From Camelus dromedarius (taxonomy: Eukaryota): 64,000 nucleotides of DNA. Position 1 is the stretch's first letter; each line of letters opens with the position of its first letter. The notes beneath the pieces were generated by a model. That model did no database searches. It was not told where the DNA came from and worked only from the letters and a program-made list of their open reading frames with translations. This document shows, one piece after another, positions 13,564 to 25,939 of this stretch. The translations under genes were made by a program, and so were the position numbers. The stretch lies in the NCBI RefSeq assembly GCF_036321535.1, contig NC_087437.1:43774001-43838000 (forward strand), given 5' to 3'.

Positions 13564-13944
13564 GCAAGTATGAAGAATTAATTGAAACTAGGTTAATAAA
13601 CTCTTGAAGATTTACTCAAAATATAATCCCAATTTAATGATTAAATATGTTGATTAAAATACAAGAATTCCCAACTTTTCCCTTCAGTTGATTCCAAATC
13701 CCCAAATATTTTGGTTTGATTCTCATAGTTGCTCCCTGCTATAGTCCAAGAGAAATTCTTTCATCATGGCTACCCATTTATCCTGGAGAATCACCCTTCA
13801 TTGATCAACTCCATTCTCCATTATCTCAACCATTTCTCTCTACCGACCCTTTCCCCATAGCAAATAAACCTGTTCAAGTTTCTTCCATCTTTAAAAACAA
13901 AAAAACCCCTCCCTGCATCTCATCTCCCTCTAGTTAGTATGCTA

Positions 13945-14270
13945 TTGCCTGAGAAGATCAATACATTTTTCCTATCCGCTTATGTCCAGTGTTTGGGGGC
14001 CTGCAGATTACACTGACAACAGGCAGATTAGTAAGGGAAAAGACATTTTTCTTCTTTTCACAGCCAGGCTTCCTTGTCTCCATATCCTTGTCTCCCAAGA
14101 ATATCTCCCATGGCAACACAAAGGTCCATGAAAATTGTTCTCCCTGAGGTCACAAAGTAGCCTCCATACTGCAATTAGCCTTTGTGTTATTCCCTGAGGT
14201 ATTTTACAGTCTTGATAACTATTTCTTGGGTACAGCTAAGCTGTCTGAAAAACCTTAAGTCCTCACCTAA
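13945..14270. mobile_element. Possible ERV LTR fragment
   Basis: GGGGGCCTGCAGATTACACTGACAACAGGCAGATTAGTAAGGGAAAAG resembles ERV1-class LTR sequence; ends not resolved. Confidence 0.35.
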
Positions 14271-14582
14271 TGTGTAATGGGGGGGGAAATTTAGTTCTGT
14301 GTAATAATTTAAACATTAGATCTTATTTTCTCTAGGTAAAAATTCCTAGCTTCTCAGATATCTGTCATCATCCCAGAAACCTCTCCAAGACAATGTCTAG
14401 GTATAGAGTAGGGTGTTGCTTACTGTATCTTTTTGGAAATTAGAAAAAAAAAAATGGAGATTCTTTAATTCATGCAGTGCACTTGTGCTGTTTTAACACT
14501 TTTCTCTCCTCTTAAGAATATTTCTTGTCTGATTACTACTCCCTTTAATGGTATTTGTGGTTGACATCTGTAGGATATAAAT

Positions 14583-15296
14583 CAGTGGTTTTCCGTAAGG
14601 GAAGTACTACCTTCCAGGGGAGTCTTTGGAAATATTGGAGAGAGGGGGCAAGTAATGTGTTTGTTACAATGATTAGTAGGTGATAATGGTATTCATTTGG
14701 GTGGAAGCAGGGCTGTTAGATGTTCTGCACAATTAAGAATTGCCCCAAATCCCTTAAGACCTTATAATGTACCATCAAATGTTCCCATAGATTAAAAACT
14801 TTTTTAAAATAACAATCTGATTGTGAAACCTAATTTAATTGTATATATTTAAAAGCTATATATCTTGCAAGTTTAATATACACTGGATTTCCAACAAAGC
14901 TATTACTGTGTAAATTGAGGGAAGACTTAGCTAAGTGTTCACAATTGCTGAAATTCACAATGACAGTACTACTTATGAGACTTGATTTGTCATTAAAACA
15001 TGCTTCATCAGTCCGGATCTGTGGTTACAGCATTCACAGTTACAGTGCATACTGTACAAATAATTGTCCACTTTGTTATGTGGTCTAGCATTTAAGGAGA
15101 TAGAACATTTACATATTGAAGTGCATACTATTTTATTATAAATTGTAGTCTTTGTTTCTCCCTTATATTAGGTTAAATATATTGATTTATTAATTTTGTT
15201 ATTGTGTAGACAGGTTATATTAACAAGATAAAGAGAATATTACAGAATATTTGTTAGAAAGGGGAGTCATTAAATATAATAGGTTGAGAACCACTG
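14583..15296. mobile_element. hAT-Charlie non-autonomous element (MER20B/MER3-related)
   Basis: Terminal inverted repeats CAGTGGTT (14583) and AACCACTG (ends 15296); decayed 8-bp flanks ATATAAAT/GCATAATT; MER3/MER20-like left end. Confidence 0.7.
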
Positions 15297-15711
15297 GCAT
15301 AATTTCTAGATCAGCCATTCTCTGCTTGGTAAGAGTCAAGTGATGCTCCCTGGCTGACCATTACCATCTTTCAGTTTTAGGAATAATCCATGATGATGGC
15401 CAGAGGGCAGAAGACAGACTTACTTACTCATAAAAGAATCTCATTTTAAAGCTCTTAGCCTCTTCAGTACCCCAATTACATTAGTCTGTCCAGTGCCTGA
15501 GGTATGTCCTAAGGGGGCATTCACAATAACTCCAATAATTTTGATCTCTTGCCCCATCTCTTGCCTACCATAAACCACTATGTTCTTTTATAGGTAGAGG
15601 CTAACCTCAGTTAACTCAGGCATTTAAACTATTCAACTATTAGGAAAAGGGATAAAGTTTTCTGGTGGACAAATAAATAAAATAAACAGCTCTTGGTGAT
15701 GGAGGAAGTAT

Positions 15712-15868
15712 GACAATAATGATCTGTGCCAGGTACAGAGCTAAAAACTTTATTGTATTCCCTCATTTTATCACTGCTATGAGGGAAATACATATTATCA
15801 TCTCCCTTTTACAGATAAGGTAATTTAGGCACAGAGAAATTAAGTAACTTGCATAGGATGACACATAA
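15712..15868 (-). mobile_element. MIR SINE
   Basis: TTTTACAGATAAGGTAATTTAGGCACAGAGAAATTAAGTAACTTGC is the reverse MIR core. Confidence 0.8.
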
Positions 15869-17196
15869 TTTTTTTTTTAACTAAGAACATTGGGAATATG
15901 AATTCCCAGGGTTCTACCCATGTCTAGGGAAATTCTTACTATGAGAGTCAACATTATATAGACATCTAACATAAGCAGTAAATTAACGTAGGATGAATCT
16001 ACCTAAGTTATGGTTCAATTTCAGATGTGGTTCAGTTTACTGCTATTGTTATTTTCTTTGCAGAATTTCTGTTCAACAGTTGGGGTGAGAAGATATCATG
16101 TATATATATACATACACACATACATACATATTTCCATTAGTAAAGAATGTGAGCAGAGGTGCTTCAGGGGCCCTTGTGAATGCTTCAGGAGGTGTCTTCT
16201 TCTCTTTCTCCTCCAGACAGGAATTGAGAAGACAGGTTACTAGAAAACTACAACCTTAACAGTACATAATGACTTTTCAGGCAACTGCTTACATTATTAA
16301 GATCCTTGAAAAGTTATACCAATTTACAGAAAACTACTTTTTCTCAGTATTACAACTTTTCTTTTAACCCAAAACACCTTAAATAAATTTTTTACATGAA
16401 TTGATATTTTCACATTATGGTTTTAGGCAGAGACATACCAATTTATTCTTCACAATATTTTTTATTGAGAGAATACCATGTGAAAAATTTGAATTATGCA
16501 TTATATTTGGATATACCCAAAAAGGACGAAGAGGTAGTATCTTTGATGTTTTGCTCTATTGTGAACTTGGACTATTTCTACATGTTTTGTAGCACTCAAA
16601 TTTTGAGCTTATTTTGTCCTAAACACCTTTGTCCTAAAGTTGTTTGTCTGAGCCTTCACTTCAGTGAAGTTTTATGTAAAATAGCCGTGGGCCTCAAAAG
16701 GACTGGGAAAAAATGGTTTTAAAAACAGCATATAAAAAAAAAAGCACCTGCCGAAGGAAGAACCCTTGCACCTCACCTCACTTCTACTATTCATCATCTT
16801 TTATCAAGTCTTCTCTCTTTCTACCAGCAGGTACAATAAACCGTAGTTACGTTACATTTCACATAGTTGCGGTTACATTTCAGGTACATACTATATTTAC
16901 TTTCAAAATTTTAATATTACTTATATTTACTTGTTTTGTTGTTTAATTGAATGTTTTTCTCTCTGTGAACATTCTTCGGTTACCTTGGATTAAGATAGAA
17001 CACATCATAAATTTTCCCATTTAAACTAATGGAAAAATAGTTTAAGAGCTTTCATGTTACAGTTTTCAGGGGAAATTGAAGTTGTTTAGCAAAGGATAGA
17101 TGTAATTATCCTTGACTCCTAAACACAAACTCAGATTGTTTCTCTGCTACCGTCTGAGGGCTGTGTTTGAGGAGCTCCCATTGTACAATGTGAATC

Positions 17197-17258
17197 TTAG
17201 GGAGGTACTGCTGATGTGACCTGGGATGGCAAGTGCTGTTCCAGTCCTTTGTTCCCAC
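17197..17258 (-). CDS. Predicted last coding exon (F) of unnamed minus-strand gene: (G)GNKGLEQHLPSQVTSAVPP*
   Basis: Acceptor cttttcactctgtgttctctag|GTGGG; phase matches exon E; TAA at 17199-17197. Confidence 0.55.
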
Positions 17259-17452
17259 CTAGAGAACACAGAGTGAAAAGAGGCTTCTCTGCAAATAGGA
17301 CACTTCTGTTGAAAATAGTCACTCTTGTTATCTAACTACCACAGTCAGGAATTCCTGGTAACATCTCATACTTTATATCACAATTATCAGAAATTTGATA
17401 AATTAGGAAATTAAGGTACAAATTAATATTGCCACTGATAAATCTCACTCAC

Positions 17453-17489
17453 CTGCATTTGCAAATAAAAGTGAAGAATAGAAAGAATT
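17453..17489 (-). CDS. Predicted exon E (37 nt): NSFYSSLLFANA
   Basis: Acceptor ctttttgttctcatcctttatatttcttag| and donor CAG|gtgagt; open in the phase left by exon D. Confidence 0.6.
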
Positions 17490-18089
17490 CTAAGAAATAT
17501 AAAGGATGAGAACAAAAAGCTAGACTAATTTCCCCTCCATGACTTAATTCTTTTTTTCTTTTATCCCTTATTTGCCTCTTTATTCTGCTTTTGAAATAAA
17601 AATATCAAGGGAAAATTAATAAATAGTATCACACCAATGTGTATGTGTATAAAAATGTAATCACTTAATGAAAACATTGTTAAACATTCTGTTAGATGCT
17701 CCAGTTTATACAATGTAAAATTGTGCTTACTTAAAAATTACTTCCTGCACAATTATATTAAATTTTCAACCAAATATTATTTCATTATAAATTTAATTTT
17801 CTTTAAATTTAGGCAATGCTCTTTTATCATTATAAGTGAAACAATTATATTTTATGTGCAATAACACTGTCTTTTATATCTGTTCAACAAGGAAGTTCAA
17901 ACAAGTTTAACAAGGAAGTCCCCCAGCCCCATTTGTCACCTTGTTCTATTCTCTTAACTTTGATGATAATGTATGAGATTAAGTTGCAAAACTAGTCTTT
18001 TTTTCCCTCATGATCTGAGAAAAATAAAGAGATGTAACATGAACTCATGTGAATGCAATGGGCTAGAACTACTTGTATCTCGTTTCACA

Positions 18090-18470
18090 ACCATCAACAA
18101 AGTTATTGAGTACTTGCAGAGCACCTGGCACTATGCTGAGCACTGACTATAGAGAGGAGATCAAAAAAGATAGAATTGCTGCCTTTACAGATCTTAAACC
18201 TAGTGGGGAAAATGGATAATAAACAAGTAAACAAATAAGTAAGTACACAAGTTGGCAGTGGTGATAGATGGGATGAATCAGACTATGTATAGGAAAAGAG
18301 GATGATGGTGAGGGTGGTTAGGGGACGTTTTCTTAACTCTAAGACCTGAAAGTTGAGAAGTAATGTTCCACTTTTATAAAGGGGAGCAGAGGAACACCAT
18401 TGCAATGAGAGAAAACAGCATGTCCAAAGACCTTGACATAGAAGAAAACTGAGCACGGTTGCAGACTGGG
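18090..18470 (-). mobile_element. L2 3' fragment
   Basis: CAACAAAGTTATTGAGTACTT...CCTGGCACTATGCTGAGCACTG...CTGCCTTTACAGATCTTAAACCTAGTGGGGAA is the reverse L2 3' end. Confidence 0.7.
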
Positions 18471-18684
18471 TAAGCTTCTCCTTTTCCTCTTCTCCCCGAT
18501 ATGAGATTGGGAGAATTGGACCACATGAGCCCTCTACTGGAGATTTGCCTGAGGATTCTTTACTAATATCTGTGCAGGAGTTCATATCTCACATGTAAAA
18601 ATCTCTACCTTTCTGCAACTTACTTTCCAATTCCAAAATACTAAAAAAAACTTCTAATTTTCCCATTAGTAATATACAACAATA

Positions 18685-20427
18685 TTCCTGATTAATACAG
18701 ATGTAAAAATTCTCAACTGAATATTAGCAAACTAAATTAAAAAGTGCACTCAAAGGATCACACACCATGATTAAGTGGGATTTATCCCTGGAATAGCAGG
18801 ATGGTTTAACAGTTGCAAATCAAGAAATCTGACACCCTGTATTAATAGAATAAAAGATAAAATGATGTAATCACCCAATAGATGCAGAAAAAGCATTTGA
18901 CAAAACACAACATTCTTTCATGATAAAAACTCTCAACAAATTTGGCATAGAAAAAACACACCTCAACATAATAAAGGCCACATATGACAAACTCAGAGCT
19001 AACACTATACTCTGTGGTGAAAGGTTGAAAGCTTTTCCTTTAAGCTCTGAAAAAGAAAAGGCTGCACACTCTCATCACTCCTATTCAACACAGTACTGGA
19101 AATCTTAGAGCAATTAGAAAAGAAAAAGGAATGAGTCAGTCAGATCAGAAAGAAAGGAGTAAAACTGTTTCTGTTTGCAGATAATATGATCTTATTATAT
19201 ACAGAAAATTCTAAAGACTCCACCAAAAAACTGTTAGAATTAAATTAACAAATTCAGTAAATTTGCAGAATACAAAATCACATACAGATATCAATTGCAT
19301 TTCTATACACTAACAACAAAATATCTGAAAACAAAGTAAAGAAAACAATTCTGTTCACAATAGCATCAAAAAATAATAAAACACTTAGGAATAAATTTAG
19401 CCAAGGAAGTGAGAGATCTTTGCTGAAAACAATAAAACTGATGAAATAAACAGATAAGTGGAAAGGCATGTCATACTCATGGATCAAAATAATTAATAAT
19501 AATAATGATAATGATAATAATAATTCTTAGAATGTCCATACTCCCCAAAGCTGTCTTTAAAGTCAGTGCAATTCCCATCAAAATTCCAATAGAAATTTTC
19601 ACAGAGATGTAAAAAACAATACTAAAATTCCTGTAGAACCACAAAAGACCTCAAATGGCCAAAGCAATCCTGAGAAGGCAGAACAAAGCTATAGGCATTA
19701 CATGTCCTGAGTTCAAACCATATTACAAAGCTATAGTAATCAATAAAGTATGGGGGAATGTAAATTGTTACAGCTACTATGGAAAACTGTATGAAGCTTC
19801 CTCAAAAAAATTAAAAATAGAACCAACAAATAACCTAGTAATCTCACTTCTGAGTATGTATTCAAAGAAAATCAAATCATGGTTTCAAAGGGATATCTTT
19901 ATCAAACTAAGATAGATAAAGATGTAATATAAATGTGTGTGTATATATATGTATATATATATACACACACACTATGGAATATTATTCAGTCATGTGAAAG
20001 ATGAAAAAAATTCTGCCATTTTCAACAACATGGATGGATCTTGAGGACATTAGGATAATTCAAATAAGTCAGACAGAAAAAGACAAATATATATGACATC
20101 ACTTACATATGGTATCTCAAAAAGCTGAACTCATATGAACACAGGATAGAATGGTTGTTGCCAGGGGCTAGAGAGTGGAGGAAATGGGAAAATGTTAGTC
20201 ATATAGTACAAACTTCCACTGATAAGATGAATAAGTTCTGGAGATCTAAGGTATGGCATAGTGACTATAGTTAAACATACTGTGATATATACTTGAAAGC
20301 TGCTGAGAGAGTAGATCTTAAATATTCTCACCACAGAAAAGAAATGGTAATTATATGAGGTGATGGAGGTATTAACTAACCCTACTGTGGTAATTATTTC
20401 ACAATATATGTGTAACAAATCACCAAG
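18685..20427 (+). mobile_element. Decayed L1 (L1MA-like): ORF2 RT region, internal deletions, 3' UTR
   Basis: GATGCAGAAAAAGCATTTGACAAA (DAEKAFDK), CTGTTTGCAGATAATATG (LFADNM; FADDM motif), ORF fragments [10 protein letters not shown].. and ..[12 protein letters not shown]1MA-type 3' UTR at 20100-20427. Confidence 0.9.
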
Positions 20428-20454
20428 CCTGAGGGACCCCCCCAACACAGTACC

Positions 20455-20690
20455 CAACATTTATAGGTCCTAAATAAATTCCAGGCACAGTTCTAAGCAT
20501 TTAGGTATATTAATTTTTTTTAATCCTCAAAACCAGTCTTTGAATTAGAGAATGTGACTATTCCCATTTTAAAGATGAAGAAACTGAGGCACAAAGAAAA
20601 TACTGCCAAAGGTCACAGTAAATAACAGAACCTAAATCTAAACCCAGGCTGTCTACTTCTGGAAGTAGGTAGTCTTTAACTGCTGGCTTA
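20455..20690 (-). mobile_element. MIR SINE
   Basis: CCCATTTTAAAGATGAAGAAACTGAGGCACAAAGA...TGCCAAAGGTCACAG...AACCCAGGCTGTCT. Confidence 0.85.
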
Positions 20691-21014
20691 AAGAACAGAA
20701 GAGGAGGAGGAAATCCCAAAGTGTTCTTGAATTATATGTCTATGCGAGTGCTTATTGAGGTGATATCATCATTCTGTTTTAATCATGCCACTTGACTTCC
20801 TCAGGTCAAATCACATTCTTCCCTATTTCTTCTGGTTTCTGGCTTAGAAACATAATGTAGACAATCCCTTGTGGGGTCTTGCCCAGAAAGCGGTACACAG
20901 TACTCAGTCCCTTCACTTCCCTCTCCCCTTTCAGTCAGGAGTTCTTCTCTAGCACTAGTACTAGCAAAAATTTCACTCTCCAGTACTTGGAGTTCTCAGC
21001 ACTCCCCAAGGCTT

Positions 21015-21120
21015 AAATATCCCATTTTACAGACCAGGAAAGTGAGGTTAAAAATATTAACTTATTTTCCCATTCAAATTTACATACTAGTTAGTGGTAG
21101 AAATGGAATTTGAACACAGA
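21015..21120 (-). mobile_element. MIR SINE fragment
   Basis: ATCCCATTTTACAGACCAGGAAAGTGAGG...AGTTAGTGGTAGAAATGGAATTTGAAC. Confidence 0.7.
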
Positions 21121-21154
21121 GTGCATAACCAGGGCTGGATGAAGTATGCCTTAC

Positions 21155-21198
21155 AGTTCTTCTTTGCAGATAGTTAAACTGTTCTTCCAAGATAAACA
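21155..21198 (-). CDS. Predicted exon D (44 nt): (L)FILEEQFNYLQRRT
   Basis: Acceptor tttctcttctcactctctccag| and donor ACT|gtaagg; 78-nt intron separates it from exon C; frame continuous. Confidence 0.68.
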
Positions 21199-21276
21199 CT
21201 GGAGAGAGTGAGAAGAGAAACACAACAGTGGAGAACAGAAATACTTAACACTGATTGCCTCCTTCCTTGCTCTTAC

Positions 21277-21327
21277 AATTTGTCTTCAAAATGTGCTGGT
21301 TGGTGGAATTGTCCCAGTGGAGCCCCA
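21277..21327 (-). CDS. Predicted exon C (51 nt): (M)GLHWDNSTNQHILKTN
   Basis: Acceptor ttttaaatttcctgtgttcag| and donor ATT|gtaaga; phase 1 in and out. Confidence 0.68.
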
Positions 21328-21503
21328 CTGAACACAGGAAATTTAAAACCAGAAAAAACAGAGTGGTGTTGAGAGGGAAGAACAATAGGACCCAACAGTG
21401 GTAACCTCGCAGTGTAAGATACATTTATAAAAGCGACTGTGTTGGCAAGCGGAGGCAACACTAGGACCTTCAGAGAGAGTCACCATATGAAAACTAACCT
21501 TAC

Positions 21504-21678
21504 TGGCCCCCTCAAGTTCTACTGGGCAAGGTACAGTGGCCAATGTTGAATACCATGCACAAAATGGGTTTGTATCCCAGTTTAGGAGCTCCAAGCTTAG
21601 GAAATTCCAGACTTTTAAAAGGACTGCTAGCAAACCCACCCAACCCTTGCTCCAGAGGGAGAGATTGTCTATGTTATC
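21504..21678 (-). CDS. Predicted exon B (175 nt): DNIDNLSLWSKGWVGLLAVLLKVWNFLSLELLNWDTNPFCAWYSTLATVPCPVELEGA
   Basis: Acceptor atttgttagctcttcag| (moderate) and donor CCA|gtaagg; lies inside ORF-track entry 21343..21693(-). Confidence 0.62.
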
Positions 21679-21724
21679 CTGAAGAGCTAACAAATCTGCC
21701 CTCTAACCTGAGATAGACTCTATG

Positions 21725-21822
21725 GCTGTATCTTCAGCACCTAGAAGAAAAACTGACACAGGACAAAGTCTCAATAAATAAATATTTCTTAGATAACTGA
21801 TGAATTGACTGACTGAATGACT
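21725..21822 (+). mobile_element. L2 extreme 3' tail (inside predicted intron A-B)
   Basis: TGTATCTTCAGCACCTAGAA...CTCAATAAATAAATATTT...TGAATTGACTGACTGAATGA. Confidence 0.65.
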
Positions 21823-21946
21823 GGTGGACAAGTATTCCAGGGAGTTGTCCTGAGCTTTGAGGAAAGGACAGTCAAGCAGAGGTACTAGGAATGAGAGAAA
21901 AGGAGTAATTTTCCGAGCTTCTAAAAGAGAGGAGAGGCAGCCTTAC

Positions 21947-22130
21947 CTTTGCCATGGCATTGAGTTGGAGATGGGTGTTAATAGTTTTATTTCCTTGAGA
22001 AAAGTCATAGTACAGTGGCTTGGACTGATTTACTAGCCTGCGGGGCAAATGACTGTGTCCTGAGCCCAATACACAAAAGTGGCTCAGTGTGACACTTACT
22101 GATAGCATTACCCACTTTAAGAGAGAAAAG
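21947..22130 (-). CDS. Predicted exon A (184 nt) containing the start codon (GCCATGG, ATG at 21955; codes MAK); upstream part is 5' UTR or an N-terminal extension
   Basis: Acceptor ctccttccttttcttctaatacag| at 22131, donor AAG|gtaagg at 21946, optimal Kozak context; whole exon is open in the same frame. Confidence 0.6.
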
Positions 22131-25100
22131 CTGTATTAGAAGAAAAGGAAGGAGCCAGGGTGGTGGCGATCAGAGATGTGATACTATTTGAGTCATTTAT
22201 ACAGAGAGAAGTTTATACTGAAGCCATAGCAAAGACCAAACTTGTACCCTGACAGAAATGGAAATGATTTGGGTAATATGATTCCTGAAGTTATTTACCG
22301 AGGACTTTAGCCAGAGACAATTGTGCATTGATATTGTTTTTCTTTTTAGTGTATTATCAATATTCATTGATTTTTTAATCCCCTCAGGCTGATAGACTGT
22401 GGGGGTATACCTATTAAATTGTTCTGTGATGAGATGCAATCTGGTCACTGATTCAAATCTCCTTAAAGACTTTAAAGATAATTTTTATTTGTTGTGATGT
22501 TTTCTTCATTTTCTTCTTCTCCTCATATCTCTTAAGATTATGTGTAAAATAGCACCTTAGGATATGGAAAACCAGAAACTTGAGGCATTTGTGGTAAATA
22601 CCTGACATACTGACTCACTCTCAAGGCAGGCAAAATCTTCTTCCCTCCATTTCAAAATTAGGTGCACATATTATTGAGTAAAGCAGGGGTTTGTTGATAA
22701 CTTAAGAGAAAATAGGAAGTAGCCTCCATCTTCTGAAACCGTAGAGGAATTTTAGCCAACAGTCTGAGATTGGTAGCTAGCTCAGGGCTCAGTTATGGCC
22801 TGGAGTCAACGTTCTGCTACCCTTGGGTCACAAAGGCATTTTCCACCCTCCTCTAAGGACACAATACCTGCAGGACCCACAGGAGGTTCTAGACCCAGCA
22901 CTGTCCAAGGTAACTTTAGCCAAAGGGAAATGCTTGTAAGATCAGATCATTTCATTCATGTTTCTCATCTTTAGTACTTGAGTACCACCCAAAATGCAGA
23001 TTCTTCTGGTATATTATTACTCTGTTCTCATTTGAAGATCTAATCTACCTACCCCAACCTCTCATTTTCTTACTGTTGATTGCCTTTAATACTCTTTCAC
23101 ATTGCTCTCAGGAGCCATATCCCATTGTCAACTATCTTTTTCTGCATATTCAGTCTCTACAGGGAAAATTCTTTTCATCTCCTTGCTCTAAAGGAGTGTC
23201 TCAAAGATGATTTCAGGATGCTCCTTGGATAAATACTTAAATTTTAATAATCATATTTTATTTTCATATGTATTAGAAAAATATATATTGGAGTCATCTT
23301 TGCATACATATTATCTAGTTAAAATTGAAGGAAGCCCTTATATTAAAAAAAAAAAAAAAGGAGGGAGCTGGTGAGTTGATTTAAAGAAGAATATTGAGGA
23401 AAAATAGTAAATATAGAAAGTAGAAATAGCAAAAAATCATAAATGACTGCAGTTTAAGAAGTGCTACCTTACTGTAAACTTAATTTTCCACTGAAAACTC
23501 CAAGTTCACTGTCACATTCTCCAGTATGGGCTGTGCTTTCTCTTATATCCCAGCTACCATAAGGCCAGATGTCAGTTGCATTCTCTCATGATTTTTTCCA
23601 GATCTTGACTTTGTCTGCCTTCATTTGGAAAGAGTCCTTCTTCGAAGCCACATCTTGAAACTATAATACTCTATAAGCCCCATCTTTTCTCTGTGGACTC
23701 TTGTCCTTCGGGTCTCTCTCTTATAGACATAAAAAGCTAGAGCATCCAGCTCAGACTTATACCTATGGTTGGTGTGTGTGTGTATTACTAATAAAAATAA
23801 TATATCCTCATTTGTGAAACTTTGGAGAATAGAGAAATTAGTGCTGTTTATCATTAATAGTTTTTTGAATATTGTAAAAATTTTGACATATTTTCTTCAG
23901 ATTAATACTGATATTACTTTAACTTTATCACTTAGCAGCACATCTTAATAGTTTTTATGTTATTAAAATGCTTGTCTTTACAGTATAATACAACTAATCC
24001 TTAATAGCCTCATATAAACAAATACTATCATTTAATCACCGTCTTCTTGTTGGACATGGGTAGTAATAAACTTTCATTATTTTGTAATCTTTGCAATAAT
24101 CGTCTTTGTGGATAATTTTTTGCACAAGTTGGAATTATTCCATTGGGCTAGGTACCCAGAAGAGGAATTTCAAGGTCAAGAGTCATGAAAAAATTTTAAG
24201 TGTAACTGGATAAACTGAGGACTCCTCAGGGGCATTTATAAGGAACAACGGGTGATTGGAAAGTGGCTAACAAGCCTGTCTTTGGTGCTTTTCTTGTCTA
24301 AACCTATTCCACAACCTTAGCAAGCTTTTATTATGCCCAGTGGACCTTGTGAACTGAATGGAATTTTTAAGAAACTCAGAGTTAAGAAGACAAGAGTGAA
24401 GCAAAGCAGAAGAGGACAGAGATGTGCTAGTAACCTAGAATAGTGAAACTTTGTGAGAATGAACAGGGACGGTTAAAGGAGATATAATGGGATTTAGGAA
24501 AAATCTTTTATATGGAGCCTACATTCTCTTTCACAAAAAGCTTGTAATGTTTGTTCACACTCTGTCTTCAAGAAGTTCAGACAGGTCACATGGAAATTTA
24601 CAGAGGCTGGTACACAAAGGCTTATAAATGCAAACTTCAAAAGAATACCTGCAAAGCTTGCATGCTATGATTCTATAAAGTAGGTATCTGGGTTAAAGTT
24701 GTAAGCCTTTGGAACAACATAAAAAGCCATAAAAGAGGCTTTTAGTTGCTGCCTGGTGGTTTTGAATTTGGGAGGTGCAGGTAGGGGGTGGAACTTATGA
24801 AGGGACCTGGAATGATATTTTCCAAGTTTACATTTTAAGAATTAGGTAAAAATATACGCAATTTTCAACTTCAATCACCTCTCCACCCCCCAATTAAAAA
24901 AAAGATTTGGTAATTTCTGATGCGACAGTTTCAATCTATCATTTTGTTTAAGAACATGGACTAAGGAACTAAACTACCTGAGTTCAACCCCCAAATCCGT
25001 AATAATGTAAGGCAAAAAACTGAATAAAAATGTTTTACCTGTACATAGAAAGAGAGAACAGGAGAAACAGCCCAGGATGGAAGCTAGTTTTGAATTCAGA

Positions 25101-25329
25101 ATCATGTAAATATCATACATATATTTTGGAAAAAATAATAAATCAGAATGATAGAACAAACCATGCCCCAAATTTGAAAACAAATTGAAACAAGTCAAGT
25201 TTTAAGTGTATATCTGGTTGGTTCCATAACGTCATGGACAAGAAATTAGTCCAAATAACTTTAAAATACAATATTTTGACTCTATATGCCTAGTGGGTAT
25301 ATCCTAAGGAAAACAAACAAACAAAAATG

Positions 25330-25735
25330 AAACCAAAAGCATACTGAAATTGTATGCAGTACTCTTGTGAATAGCAGTGTTGGTATCATCATTTTGGTAT
25401 TTCAAATATTGATATCATTATTTTGAAACTATTATATACACTATATATGCATATTGATAAAGCAAACATCAATTTATATAATTATATTCATATCAAGAGA
25501 AAACAAGAAGAGCTAACAAATATAAAATCAAATACCTTAGTAAAATAAATTATGAATTATGCTTTATTTAAGAGGTTAGAATGCTAGAGTGGGAGGGAAC
25601 TGATAGGCAAGGAAGGCTATAATGAATCATGATACAAATGGTACTAGACTAGAATCAGAACTGTATGCTGCAAAGGCCTAGAACTGATGACACTCCAGTA
25701 GCAATGAGCACACCCAACATTGGTTTTTAATACTT
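25330..25735 (+). mobile_element. Old L1MC/MD-like 3' UTR fragment
   Basis: GGCCTAGAACTGATGACACTCCAGTAGCAATGAGCACACCCAAC is characteristic of L1MC/MD 3' UTRs. Confidence 0.65.
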
Positions 25736-25939
25736 AATGATGATTTGGTTCCACCCTTTCCTATGCTGGGATTAACAAAAATATTCCACCTCCTAGGTTT
25801 TTTGAGAATGTCAAATTTTGATTGTAAATTACTACATTTCTTTTTGTGTTAACCTTCTTTGCATTATTAAATACTCTAAAATATAAACTAGAAAGCACGA
25901 AGAAGTAAGGAGTAAAAGGGTGCAAAGTGAAAGCTTTAA

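Noticed and set aside
20500..20715. Minus-strand pyrimidine tract and open frame as an alternative last exon after exon D
   Set aside because: First AG is a weak AAG and the putative exon is MIR-derived; exons E/F fit better.
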